The translations under genes were made by a program, and so were the position numbers. A stretch of DNA of 53,613 bases, from the NCBI GenBank assembly GCA_038046605.1, contig JBBSVW010000043.1, forward strand, positions 1-53,613. Reading direction: 5' to 3'. Numbering within the stretch: position 1 is the first letter of the stretch; every line of letters starts with the position of its first letter. The notes beneath the pieces are model-generated. The model had not been told where the DNA came from. It saw only the letters and a program-made list of their open reading frames with translations, and searched no databases. The stretch is from Candidatus Micrarchaeota archaeon (GTDB lineage Archaea; Micrarchaeota; Micrarchaeia; Norongarragalinales; SBBD01). Positions 16,840 to 27,120 of the stretch are shown here, one piece after another.

Positions 16840-18660
16840 TTATTCCAAAATATCCTTCAATTTTCTTCTTTTGGATGCCGCCTCAAAAACCGAATTTGGA
16901 TCCTTGTAATAAAAGTTCATGAGATCGCCAACCGAATCTGCTGAATTTACTCCCTGGCTCGACATCCAATCCAGAATGGTTTTTTTCTGCGCCAAATCCT
17001 CCTGGATCTCAGAAACCGTAAGGCCCGTATGCAAGTTGAGCTCACCGAAAATTCGAGTGCTTTCGTTGATTTTTTCAAATGTGTCAGTCCTGGGGCGCCA
17101 TTTGAAGAGGGTATTTAGGTTGACACCGGATGCCTCTGAAGCGATTTGAGTGAGTTCGGAGAGTTCATAGGTGCGGCGGATTCCTTTGCGGCGGTCGCGG
17201 TATTGCACTAATATGAGTTGCAGCGATTCGAGCTCCAATTTGGGGATTTCAATTGGCGGCTCGGTCAATCTCCTTACCACCTGTGCCGCGGAATCCGCAT
17301 GGATTGTGGCATAAACCGCATGGCCGGTGTGCATGGCTTCAAACATTACTTCCGCCTCGCGCTTCCTTCGAACTTCCCCAACAATTATCCGGTCTGGCCG
17401 CATGCGAAGGCTCTCCACCATCAAATCAAGCATGGAAACCCGCCCCTTTCCTTCGGGATTAGCGGCGCGCGTAAGGAGCGGCACCCAGTTCCAGTGCAAA
17501 TAGGATGGAAGCGAAAGCTCCCTCGTATCCTCTATGGAAACAACCCTATGGGAAGGAGGAATCATTGCAGCAATAGTATTGAGGGCGGATGTTTTTCCTG
17601 AAGCCGTGCCTCCTGCAACCAAAATGTTCATTTCATACTGGATGGAAAGCCAAAGGAAGGCCGCCATTTCCGAGGACATGGTATGCGTTTTTTCCTCGAT
17701 GAAAGTGGTTATCGTCCAGGGGTTCCTTGCAAATCTTCGGATGGTGATGGTGTTTCCGCTTGTTGATATGGGAAATAGTGTTGCGGAAACGCGGTCGCCC
17801 GAAACTAGGGCTGCGTCCAGGATGGGGTTAAGGAGGGATATTTCCCTTCCGCTCTTCCTGCCTATTTGGGCGGCAAAATTGTAGATTTCCTCCTCATTTT
17901 GCAAATTGAGGTTGGTTTTGAGCCAGCCGAACTTTCGGTGGTAGATCGCAATTGGGCTTGTTGCACCGTTTATTGCAACCTCCTCCAAATAGTCATCAGC
18001 CATGAGGAGCTCGATTACACCCAAACCATACATACGATGGAGCAAAAGACCTGCGAGTGTTTGCCCCACATTCTCCTCCGTTTGCGGAAGCTCCTTTTGG
18101 ATGATTTCCATTGCCGCCTTGTAAAATCTTTCTTTGAGGAGCCTGAATTTTGCCTGGTCGACAATCTCATCGGTTTCAACCGGCATTGCTTTAGCCAGCG
18201 AATCCCGAAGGTAGGAAATGAATTTTTCGGTGTAAACGCAAACCTGCGGGTAATGGAGGGCGTAAAGCGGCCGGCTGGCATCTTGCATCTGCCAGATTTC
18301 AACCTCAGCTGGCACGTTATTTGCCTGCATCGGATAGGAGAGCAAGAGCTTTTCGCCGGTGATTCTTTCGGAATGCGGCTGCGGGAGTTTTGCAAGCAGC
18401 CGGATTGTTGGTTTGCTTAGGATGTTGACGGAATAGTTGAGCTCAAGAAGCCCTTGAGATTGGAGAATTTTCCCAATGCGCTCTATTTCATTGGTGGATA
18501 GGCCCGTTTCCTTTGCAAGAGTCGAGAAATCCTCCTGCATCCCCTCCTTTTTTTCCAGCATCTCGCAAAAATCGGTTATCTGCGTCCGGATGAGATGGAA
18601 CCCCTTGGGGCGTTCTACGAACTCGGAGTGCTTCAAGCTTCGCTCGGATTCCTTCTTCAT
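16840..18660 (-). CDS. VirB11/TadA-family pilus assembly ATPase with N-terminal wHTH-like extension
   Basis: Walker A GGTASGKT, SIEDTREL, LRMRPDRIIVGEVR, and His box TGH...TIHA. Confidence 0.94.
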   Translation of the reverse strand: MKKESERSLKHSEFVERPKGFHLIRTQITDFCEMLEKKEGMQEDFSTLAKETGLSTNEIERIGKILQSQGLLELNYSVNILSKPTIRLLAKLPQPHSERITGEKLLLSYPMQANNVPAEVEIWQMQDASRPLYALHYPQVCVYTEKFISYLRDSLAKAMPVETDEIVDQAKFRLLKERFYKAAMEIIQKELPQTEENVGQTLAGLLLHRMYGLGVIELLMADDYLEEVAINGATSPIAIYHRKFGWLKTNLNLQNEEEIYNFAAQIGRKSGREISLLNPILDAALVSGDRVSATLFPISTSGNTITIRRFARNPWTITTFIEEKTHTMSSEMAAFLWLSIQYEMNILVAGGTASGKTSALNTIAAMIPPSHRVVSIEDTRELSLPSYLHWNWVPLLTRAANPEGKGRVSMLDLMVESLRMRPDRIIVGEVRRKREAEVMFEAMHTGHAVYATIHADSAAQVVRRLTEPPIEIPKLELESLQLILVQYRDRRKGIRRTYELSELTQIASEASGVNLNTLFKWRPRTDTFEKINESTRIFGELNLHTGLTVSEIQEDLAQKKTILDWMSSQGVNSADSVGDLMNFYYKDPNSVFEAASKRRKLKDILE

Positions 18661-18812
18661 GCTATCTACTACCGGTAAGCCTTTCCTGCTATAAAAAGGT
18701 ATAAGAAAGTGGCGAGCAATGAGGAAAAATTGACCGATATACAGAATAATTTGAAGCCAGCATATGCGAGCTGATTGAAAAACCTATTTAAACAGCCAGC
18801 CGTAATTGCATA

Positions 18813-19382
18813 ATGCCAGATCTCAAGCCCCTTCTCAAAAGGGAACTCTCGTCCCTTCCTCCGCACTACATCGTGATGCTCGTTGCGGATTCCTCCAAAT
18901 ACATGGATGCGAACCTTGCCGCCTTGAAATACCTGATGGAGCCAGGGGATGCTGCCGGAATATACGTAACTTTCAATCGCCCGTATGAGAATTTGACGCA
19001 GATGCTGAAAAAGGAAAAGCTCGATGTTGGAAGGCTTTACTTCCTGGATTTGATCACCAATACCACCGGAAAGCGCGGCCAGAGGACGGAAAACTGCATC
19101 TTCCTGCCCTCCCCCAAAAACCTCACGGAACTAAGCATCGCGCTCACGCAACTCATTGAAAGGATGGAGCAGAGAAATCGGTTTATATTCATGGATTCCC
19201 TTAGCACAATGCTGATCTACAATTCGGCAGGGACGGTTGCACAGTTCACGCATTTCCTTGTTTCCAAGATGAGGCTTTGGAAGGTTGGAATGGTGATTGT
19301 TTCACTTGAAAAGGAAACTGACCAAAAGCTCATAGATGATTTGAGCCAATTTTGCGATAAGGTGATAAAGATTGGAAAATAA
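18813..19382 (+). CDS. Degenerate RecA/KaiC-fold protein lacking Walker A
   Basis: GIYVTFNRPY, FIFMDSLSTMLIYN and QFCDKVI motifs; no GxxGxGK. Confidence 0.7.
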   Translation: MPDLKPLLKRELSSLPPHYIVMLVADSSKYMDANLAALKYLMEPGDAAGIYVTFNRPYENLTQMLKKEKLDVGRLYFLDLITNTTGKRGQRTENCIFLPSPKNLTELSIALTQLIERMEQRNRFIFMDSLSTMLIYNSAGTVAQFTHFLVSKMRLWKVGMVIVSLEKETDQKLIDDLSQFCDKVIKIGK

Positions 19383-19470
19383 TGAAATGGCATGAGAGTT
19401 TGGGATTTGGCAATTAGAATTTGATTTGGATTCGTTGTAATAAAAGTGTTTCAATTCGCGGTTGTTTATT

Positions 19471-19836
19471 ATGGCAAACGAGAGCGTCATTTTCTTCAAT
19501 GCGATCACGATAATCGTGACCTTCTTTGCGGCATATTTCGTATTCCGGGCAAAGCAGCGGTTTGAAAAGGGCGAATTCCGCCGGATTGTGGATTGGTTCT
19601 ATTTCACGGCGGTGCTGTTCTTCCTATTCCAGCTCATTTTCAATGGGCTGACCTACCTTGAAGGCATCGAGGTGTTCGACCAGGTGGGGCCCAATTTCCT
19701 CGCGAATTACCGCTCCTTATACACCACGGTGATTGCGCTATGCTTCATCAAGATCACATATGAGATAATGCGCTTTTCGAGAATCTACGGATTTGCAAAA
19801 GTGGAAAACGAGTTTTTTGGGAAGAAGGGCAAATAG
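19471..19836 (+). CDS. Small 3-TM membrane protein
   Basis: Three hydrophobic segments. Confidence 0.65.
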   Translation: MANESVIFFNAITIIVTFFAAYFVFRAKQRFEKGEFRRIVDWFYFTAVLFFLFQLIFNGLTYLEGIEVFDQVGPNFLANYRSLYTTVIALCFIKITYEIMRFSRIYGFAKVENEFFGKKGK

Positions 19837-19840
19837 GCGC

Positions 19841-20683
19841 CTAATTTTCTGCAATTACGAGAGTAGAAAGTGCATAATCCGGATTGAATTCCAACCCCAC
19901 CGGAAGCCATGCCGTTATTGGCTGGATGGTTGAAATTGTGGCATTGAGGAGAATGTTAAGTTTTATGCCATCTAAATTGGAAATTTTAATGGAGTTTGGG
20001 CTGCCATCGATGAATCCAATGCTGACATTCAGGTATTTTCCCGAAGTTGTGTTGGCAAAAAAGAGGCTATTGGGATTGGGATCAAGGAATACCTGCTGCG
20101 AGGGGCAGTTTGGCGATTGAATGCCGATTTCAAGTTCCAAGTCGCCTGCAATTTGGGTTGAAAAAGCGCAGGATGAAATTGGATCGGCAGGATCTGAGAG
20201 GATGAACACGGAATATTTTTCAATTGAATTACTTCCCTTAAAGGTCGCGGATGATTTATCCAAATCCGAGTGGGAATAATTCAAATTAACGCCATTGAAA
20301 TAAAGGAAGGGGGCGCCGTAGATTGAATTTAGGTCTATTTGGAGGTTTTCGGCAAGGTTTTGGCTTGCCGCATAGGGCCCTTCAAAATAACTTTCGTACG
20401 AAATCAGTTCATTTTGAGGGTTCGAATATGCAATAGGGAAATTATCATCAATCGAAATGATCGCATGGGTCGAATTCCGGTTTATGGAAATGGAATTAAT
20501 GCGCAAAATCCCAAGCAAATCCGTTTTAACATCATCAGCAATTGATGCAAACTTGCGCAATCTGGATCCTTCCTGCAGCAAAAGCGACCTATCAGCGCCA
20601 TATTGGGAATAATATGCAAGCATGGAGAAGAATAGCAGGAAGATAGCTCCATAAAGCAATGCGAAAAATATGCCTTTTTTCAT
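19841..20683 (-). CDS. Pilin-like protein (class III signal peptide)
   Basis: MKKG|IFFALLY followed by a hydrophobic helix; translationally coupled to neighbours. Confidence 0.7.
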   Translation of the reverse strand: MKKGIFFALLYGAIFLLFFSMLAYYSQYGADRSLLLQEGSRLRKFASIADDVKTDLLGILRINSISINRNSTHAIISIDDNFPIAYSNPQNELISYESYFEGPYAASQNLAENLQIDLNSIYGAPFLYFNGVNLNYSHSDLDKSSATFKGSNSIEKYSVFILSDPADPISSCAFSTQIAGDLELEIGIQSPNCPSQQVFLDPNPNSLFFANTTSGKYLNVSIGFIDGSPNSIKISNLDGIKLNILLNATISTIQPITAWLPVGLEFNPDYALSTLVIAEN

Positions 20684-21081
20684 TTTTTGTAGCACACCCT
20701 CATTTCAGCCAAGTAAATCGAAGTGGTTGAACCGGAAATAATGAAATTCCTCCTCGAAATCGAATAGGTTTTGCAGGCGCAATTCTCATCAGCTATTATT
20801 ACTCCCTCATTTTCACCTGAAATTTCAACCCGGTAGCATATGTTGGATGGGAAAACCCTTGCAAATTCCTTCAGGGGGATCGCTGATTTTGATTCCAGCG
20901 CATTTTTCAAAACGCCCGACTTATCCATCGAAATCAATGCATCATCCGCAAGTTTTTCTGGCTGCGAACTTGAGAGGGATGGATCTGGAAGGCCTGCGAT
21001 CGCATTCAGAATGAAGGCGGATAAGGAAAATGCGATCAGCAGGGCTAGTATAGCATCAATTGAAAAGAATATTCCCCTCAT
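20680..21081 (-). CDS. Minor pilin-like protein (class III signal peptide)
   Basis: MRG|IFFSIDAILALLI N-terminus. Confidence 0.78.
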   Translation of the reverse strand: MRGIFFSIDAILALLIAFSLSAFILNAIAGLPDPSLSSSQPEKLADDALISMDKSGVLKNALESKSAIPLKEFARVFPSNICYRVEISGENEGVIIADENCACKTYSISRRNFIISGSTTSIYLAEMRVCYKK

Positions 21082-21593
21082 TTTTCCACCCACATCCTCA
21101 AATTGACCAGAACCGGCTCGTTTTCAAATATGGCAATGCGGGAAAACGAATGGACGGATGCGGTTCCTGCAGGGGAAACCATGGTTTCAAATATTGCATA
21201 TTTTGACGCATTTGAAATTGCAATTGAAAAATTGCTTGAGGGCAAATCCAGGGCAAGAATCCGTTTAACGAGGGAATAATTCCCAAAATTCGAGTTGGCA
21301 ATAAAAAATAAGCGGCTGGTTTTATCAGGGTCAAGTTCATTTCTTGAGGCCGCAATCCCGATGGATTTTACATTCGCATCGGTGAAATCCGGGGTGTGCC
21401 AATTGGTGGGGTTGCCCGGTGTTTCCACAAGCTGCGAAAGGGCGCTATCGGCTGCCCTTTGAATGTCAAATTCGGCTTCGCGCCGGTTAATTGAACTTGC
21501 CGTGTTTTCCGAAACAAACATTGAGAGCGCAAAGATGAAAAGGATGATGGAAATGGCAAGGAGAAAATCGAAGGAGAAAAGCTGGCCGCGCAT
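21078..21593 (-). CDS. Minor pilin-like protein (class III signal peptide)
   Basis: MRG|QLFSFDFLLAI N-terminus and a TPGNPTNW motif. Confidence 0.8.
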   Translation of the reverse strand: MRGQLFSFDFLLAISIILFIFALSMFVSENTASSINRREAEFDIQRAADSALSQLVETPGNPTNWHTPDFTDANVKSIGIAASRNELDPDKTSRLFFIANSNFGNYSLVKRILALDLPSSNFSIAISNASKYAIFETMVSPAGTASVHSFSRIAIFENEPVLVNLRMWVEK

Positions 21594-21598
21594 TTTGA

Positions 21599-22003
21599 TC
21601 ACTTGAGGTAAATTTTTCCGCCTATGCTGGAAATTTCAATTTCTGTCCCTTTTCTTGCATTCAAATCAACGGATAGGAGATCGCTTGAGGATAAAAGTGA
21701 GGAAACCGATGCCCGATTGAAAACAACATCCACCCTCCTTCCAACAATTTCAATTGTGTAATTTTCGCCATCTGAGAGTGTTTGCGGCAAACTGAATTTG
21801 CTTTCAGTTCCGTTGCCCGCCTGCAAAACGGAGTCCATCCTTGAAGCAAGGGTGTCTGAGATCGACTTTGCCGATAATTTTTGCCTTGTGATTGAAGCTC
21901 CCTCGGCTTTGCCTATGTAGAATTGGAAGAGGCCAAGGAACAAGAGGAGCATGATGGAAATCACCACCATCAAATCGAAGCTGAATTGGGCTTTTTTGCT
22001 CAT
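21599..22003 (-). CDS. Minor pilin-like protein (class III signal peptide)
   Basis: MSKKA|QFSFDLMVVI N-terminus. Confidence 0.8.
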   Translation of the reverse strand: MSKKAQFSFDLMVVISIMLLLFLGLFQFYIGKAEGASITRQKLSAKSISDTLASRMDSVLQAGNGTESKFSLPQTLSDGENYTIEIVGRRVDVVFNRASVSSLLSSSDLLSVDLNARKGTEIEISSIGGKIYLK

Positions 22004-22055
22004 GGCGAAACATCACTTCAAAATTGGTTGATTCCAGGGGGAACATCACAGCAAA

Positions 22056-23765
22056 TCATGAAACATAAAACCCGATCTCCGAGGAAATGCCAAGGCTTCC
22101 GGAATTTGCGATGGCGACTAGTTTATGGGGCGCGCCTTGTGATAGCGATGCGAAATCCAAATTGAAGGAATAGGTGCCATTGCCATGGGATGTTACAGCA
22201 GGAGCATAAGGCGCGGCATCGCGGTAAAAGAGCAGGCTAACTCCCGGAACAAGCCCTGTTACCCCAATTCCTTTGAGGTTAATCACGTTGATGGATACCG
22301 GCACGGATTCTCCTGAAGAATATGCTCCCTTGATTATAGAGGGGAGTATCTCAATTTTCCATACATCGGAGTTCCCGGTGCGCACAAAAAACTGCTTTTT
22401 CCCTAATGCACCTGCAAGCGCCTTGATTAGCCAGTTTCCGGAATTTGCATTTGCAGGGAGCGCAAAGCTGCCTTGGTATATCCCGCCAGATACCAAAACA
22501 GGCATTTCAGAAACCATTCCAGAAGAATTCAGGATTGTGATGTTGGCATTTGTTTGGGGGGTGAATAGCGCCTCGCTTTTGTCATAGAAGCGCGCCTCGT
22601 AAAAGACAATGCCGCATGAAGAATAGGAGGGTTTGGATGCGGACACGTATGGCTCGGTTGAAACGTAGGTCACATTATAGGATAAGTAATCCTCGGAGAT
22701 GTTGAATTGGGTTGCGTATGATGTGGGAGAATAAAGGCGCACCAATATCCGCCTAAACCCATCCGCACTTATGAAATCGGCAGGGGAGGAGGAAATTGCG
22801 CATTCCCACGAATACCAGGTATTAGCCAAAATACCCCCTGAGGGTGTGCAACCCGAACTTGACCAGCTTGATGAGGCAAAATTATATATCTGGAAAGATG
22901 GAGTAAAGGTGAAATCGCTTCTGAACCTCAAGGTTGCATTTATGGAAATGAGATTATTCAGGTTGGCTGGCATTGATATTTGGGTGGAATTGTGCAAAAC
23001 CCCAACCGCATAATTGTTTAGGGGCTTTTTCAGGACGAGTGAAATTTGGTCCCAATAATCCTCAATTGTTGACCTTCCTGCAACGGGCGTAACTGCGCGG
23101 TTGAATAGGCGGATTGAATAGGTGCCAGGAAGATTGAAATTAACTGCAGGAACTGAAATGCTTATCCGGGAATAGGCGGGCATATCTGAAAGGGCCAAAT
23201 CCTGCCATAGGAGAAATTGGGAACCATCCGGCCTAAGCAAATAAACCGACATTTCATGCGATGTGGGGCCGCTTGTGCCCGTAAAGGACTTGATGAAGGA
23301 AAAATTAAGGGTCGCTTCGGCTGGCAAGGAGCCATCCCAATTCACGCCGGAGTTGGTGAGGTTCCCATTCGCGGTAAAGCTTCGGGAATTGCTGCCATCA
23401 GTCAATCTGAAGCGCCACCTACCTGCCTCAATATCCCCGCCTGTTGCCAGGAATGCTGATGTCGCCCTTCCGGATGGGTCGTTTTCCGCATAAGACCAGC
23501 TAGTGCCGCTACCTCCGGTGAAATTGCCATTCAAAACAAGATTGGGAAAGGAATAAACCACATTGGTGAATGCGGAAGTAATGTTGAATGGGGTATCATC
23601 AAGTGCATCGATAAAAGTTATTGGGGTTGTTGCAGACCCATTTGAAATATAGGGCGAGCCGTCCTGCAGGTAAATCTGCGAAGAGGAATTTGCCATGTTT
23701 GCAAGGATGAGCACGGCTAGCAAAACCATACCTGATTTCCTAAATTTATTTTCCATAATAATCAT
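22056..23765 (-). CDS. Secreted beta-rich protein, possible pilus-associated adhesin
   Basis: Sec-type signal peptide; NLVLNGNF carbohydrate-binding-like motif; many NxS/T sequons. Confidence 0.7.
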   Translation of the reverse strand: MIIMENKFRKSGMVLLAVLILANMANSSSQIYLQDGSPYISNGSATTPITFIDALDDTPFNITSAFTNVVYSFPNLVLNGNFTGGSGTSWSYAENDPSGRATSAFLATGGDIEAGRWRFRLTDGSNSRSFTANGNLTNSGVNWDGSLPAEATLNFSFIKSFTGTSGPTSHEMSVYLLRPDGSQFLLWQDLALSDMPAYSRISISVPAVNFNLPGTYSIRLFNRAVTPVAGRSTIEDYWDQISLVLKKPLNNYAVGVLHNSTQISMPANLNNLISINATLRFRSDFTFTPSFQIYNFASSSWSSSGCTPSGGILANTWYSWECAISSSPADFISADGFRRILVRLYSPTSYATQFNISEDYLSYNVTYVSTEPYVSASKPSYSSCGIVFYEARFYDKSEALFTPQTNANITILNSSGMVSEMPVLVSGGIYQGSFALPANANSGNWLIKALAGALGKKQFFVRTGNSDVWKIEILPSIIKGAYSSGESVPVSINVINLKGIGVTGLVPGVSLLFYRDAAPYAPAVTSHGNGTYSFNLDFASLSQGAPHKLVAIANSGSLGISSEIGFYVS

Positions 23766-23784
23766 TCAATCAATAATTCTGCGA

Positions 23785-24900
23785 TCAATTGCAAGATGTG
23801 ATGTCAAAATTTGCAGTTCGTATTTCAGGTGAGCCTGCGCTGATGCCGCTTGCGCGGACAATGTAGCCGGTAAGGCCTGTTAGGCCGCCCGCGGAAAGGG
23901 TGCCGTTGAAACCACCAGAGGAATTTGTAACAAGTGATTTTGGATAGCCGGAAAATGAAAATGCATCTGTTGGATCACGCACATCCAGATTAAGGCTGCT
24001 AAATGCATCCCAATTGCCACCCTCAAGCAAGATATCTTCCGGCGGATCAAAAATATCCTTTAACTGCGAGTACGAATTTGAGGAATAAGTTTTGATCTCA
24101 ATTAGCGATACATTTGCGCCGCCTCCAGCGCATGTTTGCTGCTGGCAGGTTTGGCCAAATACCTCGATGAAAATGCTTGTCGTAAGGTTAGTGCCCTCCG
24201 ATCCGTTTGCATATAGGGCGCCGGAATTTGAGCCAAGCGCTGAATTGGATGTCGTGAAATTGATAAGAACATCCTTTTCCCCTAGGGCAGGAAGAGTGAA
24301 TAAAACATCAGCCGGATCGATAAATTCAGCCAACACGTCAGGGGAAACAAAATCCAAAGACAAATCAACCTGGATTGGCGAATTCCCCAAATTGGAATAT
24401 TTGAGTGTTCGCACGAACGATTGCCCGGAAGCTGCGGATTCCGAAATCAATGTCGAACTCACAATCAATTTGGAATTTGCGCCAAGGGCAACGCAGCCAT
24501 CAAGGCCTTCTACGACAATGTAATAGGTTCCAGGAGCCGTTGGCAAAAATGAATTTCCGCAAAGAAGCGCCCTTGTGTTAGCAGCAGCATCACTGCCCCC
24601 ATTTTGGGAGGCAACTTTCATGGATATGGAATGCTGTGCTATGGAAGTTGAAAGGACCCCATCGGGGATAACGAATTTTACCTCGCGCCGGGCGCCTGCG
24701 CCCTCCAAATAAACGGCATCTGCTGCCTGCGCAAGGAGGCTTACGGATGATTTTGCCTGCGAAAATGAAAGCGCCTGCGAGGAACTTGCGATGCGCTGCT
24801 GCGATGTTGAAATGACTAGCCCCAGGACAACAAGGCCGATGGCTAGGATGATAAGCAACTCCAAGGAAGATTGGCCTTTGGAACTACGAGGAAGCCGCAT
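23785..24900 (-). CDS. Large pilin-like protein (class III signal peptide) with Ig-like C-terminal region
   Basis: SSKG|QSSLELLIILAIGLVVL and AADAVYLEGAG. Confidence 0.82.
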   Translation of the reverse strand: MRLPRSSKGQSSLELLIILAIGLVVLGLVISTSQQRIASSSQALSFSQAKSSVSLLAQAADAVYLEGAGARREVKFVIPDGVLSTSIAQHSISMKVASQNGGSDAAANTRALLCGNSFLPTAPGTYYIVVEGLDGCVALGANSKLIVSSTLISESAASGQSFVRTLKYSNLGNSPIQVDLSLDFVSPDVLAEFIDPADVLFTLPALGEKDVLINFTTSNSALGSNSGALYANGSEGTNLTTSIFIEVFGQTCQQQTCAGGGANVSLIEIKTYSSNSYSQLKDIFDPPEDILLEGGNWDAFSSLNLDVRDPTDAFSFSGYPKSLVTNSSGGFNGTLSAGGLTGLTGYIVRASGISAGSPEIRTANFDITSCN

Positions 24901-24927
24901 GCTAAGGGAACAATTTGCGCTTATTTA

Positions 24928-24999
24928 AACATTAACACCCCATGGGGGATAATCCCCTACCACGTGTTGCCGCCTCCCCCCTTATTTTGCTCTGCGAAT
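24928..24999 (-). repeat. Dispersed ~74-bp structured non-coding element, copy 2
   Basis: Minus strand ATTCGC-AGAG-CAAAATAAGGGGGGAGGCGGCAACACGTGGTAGGGGATTATCCCCCATGGGGTGTTAATGTT. Confidence 0.85.
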
Positions 25000-25006
25000 T
25001 AGTCAA

Positions 25007-25816
25007 CTACTTGCTCTCCAACCCCCCAAACACTGGCTGGTTGGGATAGAGCTCGATCCCTTTCCTCTTGAACTCGAATGGCACGATCAGGTTGCTATGC
25101 GAAATCCCACGCATCTTGACAATTTCAAGCGCTTTTAGCCTCTGGTCGCCTTGCCGGATGTTGTATAGATGGATCAGCCCATCTGCAAGGTAGCCAAGCC
25201 CGAATTTGGCACGGATTTCGCCCGCATCAGTGGTATTTGCCTCGGAGGTAAGCATGGTGGTAGTCCCCCATTTCTTCAAAAGCTCAAGCACCTTTACAAT
25301 CCCCAGCTTGCGCTTGTATTTGGAATCGAAAATGAGCGCAAAGGAGGTGATTGAATCAATGACAAGCCGTTTTGCACCCATGTCCTTTATTGTATCCTCG
25401 ATGATCTCACCTTCCAGAATGAACCGGTCGATGTCGTGGGGAGGATATTGCAAAATCAGGAGCTTTTTCTTCTTTTCCAGCTTTTCCAGGTCCCAGCCAT
25501 ACCTTCCCATGTGCCGGAACACATCCTCCCTTTTCTCCTCAAATGTGAGGTAAACCCCCGGCTCGTTGTATTTGTAAGCGCCATTATAGAGGTATTGCAT
25601 CGCAAATGTGCTCTTGCCAGTCCCGGTATCGCCAGCAACCAGGATTACGGCCCCCTTCTCAAAACCGCCTTCAATTAGTTCATCCAGGCCCGGGATTCCG
25701 GTTGGGACATGATGCGCCCTATCCTGCGAAAATGGCACATGCGCAATTTGCCTTCCTCCCTCGCCGAATATGTCGATCTTCCGAAGGTCCAATTTGCCCT
25801 TCATTTTCTTGTCCAT
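25007..25816 (-). CDS. Single-domain KaiC/RAD55-family ATPase
   Basis: TGIPGLDELIEGG, Walker A GDTGTGKS, YLTFEE, RLVIDSI and LEIVKMRG motifs. Confidence 0.92.
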   Translation of the reverse strand: MDKKMKGKLDLRKIDIFGEGGRQIAHVPFSQDRAHHVPTGIPGLDELIEGGFEKGAVILVAGDTGTGKSTFAMQYLYNGAYKYNEPGVYLTFEEKREDVFRHMGRYGWDLEKLEKKKKLLILQYPPHDIDRFILEGEIIEDTIKDMGAKRLVIDSITSFALIFDSKYKRKLGIVKVLELLKKWGTTTMLTSEANTTDAGEIRAKFGLGYLADGLIHLYNIRQGDQRLKALEIVKMRGISHSNLIVPFEFKRKGIELYPNQPVFGGLESK

Positions 25817-25957
25817 AATCCCACATTAGGTCAAAGCCCAAGCCCATATTTAAAACAGGCGTTTTTTGGTATTTTTTATTGGGTGCAAACAAGTCAGTTT
25901 TTTTAGGGGGGATGATTAGAGGAAAGCGATCTCATTTAGGAACTATTTAGCAAAAGT

Positions 25958-26467
25958 TCAAAGTGCCTTTTCCTTTCCCTCCTTTTTCCCATCCATCACT
26001 GCAATCTTGCCTTTGAGGTTGAGGATCAGGTATTTGCCCTGGAAAAATTCGATCCCCTTTGATGAGAACTTGCCCTCCAATGGGGATTGCGCATCCTCCT
26101 CTTTTGCTTCGAGGCCAAGGAGTGAAATCATTTTTTTCCCTTCAGCATCATGCGCAATCAATTTGATTGTGCTTGGGATCCTTGAAAGGCTTGCCCGATC
26201 CGGCTGGTTTATACCGGAAATCGCGATGATTTCAGGCAGCCATCCCAAATCCTCATCAAAAAACTGAATCGAGGAGGGGTTTCCCTTCTGTTCATAAATG
26301 AATGCAACTTTTTGGCAGCCGAAAGTTTCGGCGCGCTCGCAGATCTCATCAACGGAGCGCTTCCCCCTATTCTCATACTTGCAGTGCAAAATAAGGGACA
26401 AAAGCCTGCCTAATTTCCTTGTTGTTTGCGTTGGCTTCCTGCCGGTTGACAAATACAGTGAACTCAT
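25958..26467 (-). CDS. Archaeal Brix/Imp4-domain ribosome biogenesis protein
   Basis: LSTGRKPTQTTR..GR.L, YENRGKRS and IYEQKGNPSSIQF motifs. Confidence 0.8.
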   Translation of the reverse strand: MSSLYLSTGRKPTQTTRKLGRLLSLILHCKYENRGKRSVDEICERAETFGCQKVAFIYEQKGNPSSIQFFDEDLGWLPEIIAISGINQPDRASLSRIPSTIKLIAHDAEGKKMISLLGLEAKEEDAQSPLEGKFSSKGIEFFQGKYLILNLKGKIAVMDGKKEGKEKAL

Positions 26468-26525
26468 GCAGTAATTTGCGCACCTAGCCTTAAATAATTT
26501 GCATGCTTGGATTAACTTGGTATAA

Positions 26526-27119
26526 ATGAAGGGCATCACAAAAATCCACCCGGCCATAAAATCCGAGCTTAAGGTGTTTAGGGCAAGCCTTCCAGAAAGG
26601 CTCGATAAATTGGCCGACATAAGGGGGGTCATTGCCATAAGCGCACTCGAAAATGGCCTTGGCTTCATGTTGGGGAGCATGAAAGCAGCCAGGGTAAGGG
26701 GCATTGAAGTTAGGTCGTTATCAAAACGCAGGGGCTGGCCAGTGGACCTATTGGATGCCGTTGTGAAAGTCCAGCATGCGCATATTGAGCATAGATTAAT
26801 CGATCATGAATTGAACGCTGCCATAAATAACGGGGAGGAAGTTGCAAGGATAAAAAGAATGGTCCAGGATGTCAGCAAATCCGACCTCCCATTCCTTAAG
26901 CCCGAACATGGAAAGGCCCTAATGCTGGCAGTTGCTGCAGCCAGATCGAATGCCAAAACAATTGAAGAGCTTGCAAGGGCGCATAACAAAAACATTGTCG
27001 TAAAAATGCTAGGAATAACTGCATCGCCCCATACAATCCGGGATATGATTTCAGAATATAGGGATGCGATTGGTTTTATTGCCGGAAGGAAACCAAGCAG
27101 GGAAAAAACAGGTCAGTAA
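26526..27119 (+). CDS. Hypothetical protein (paralog of the next gene)
   Basis: 197-aa ORF sharing HP, GWP and H..AL.L blocks with 27121-27822. Confidence 0.72.
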   Translation: MKGITKIHPAIKSELKVFRASLPERLDKLADIRGVIAISALENGLGFMLGSMKAARVRGIEVRSLSKRRGWPVDLLDAVVKVQHAHIEHRLIDHELNAAINNGEEVARIKRMVQDVSKSDLPFLKPEHGKALMLAVAAARSNAKTIEELARAHNKNIVVKMLGITASPHTIRDMISEYRDAIGFIAGRKPSREKTGQ

Positions 27120-27120
27120 C

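Noticed and set aside
13448-18660. Archaellum operon
   Set aside because: No archaellin-like sequence or arlF/G/J arrangement; two separate TadC-like genes indicate a pilus.
25007-25816. Circadian KaiC
   Set aside because: Single domain and no kaiA/kaiB; it fits the generic archaeal KaiC/RAD55 family.
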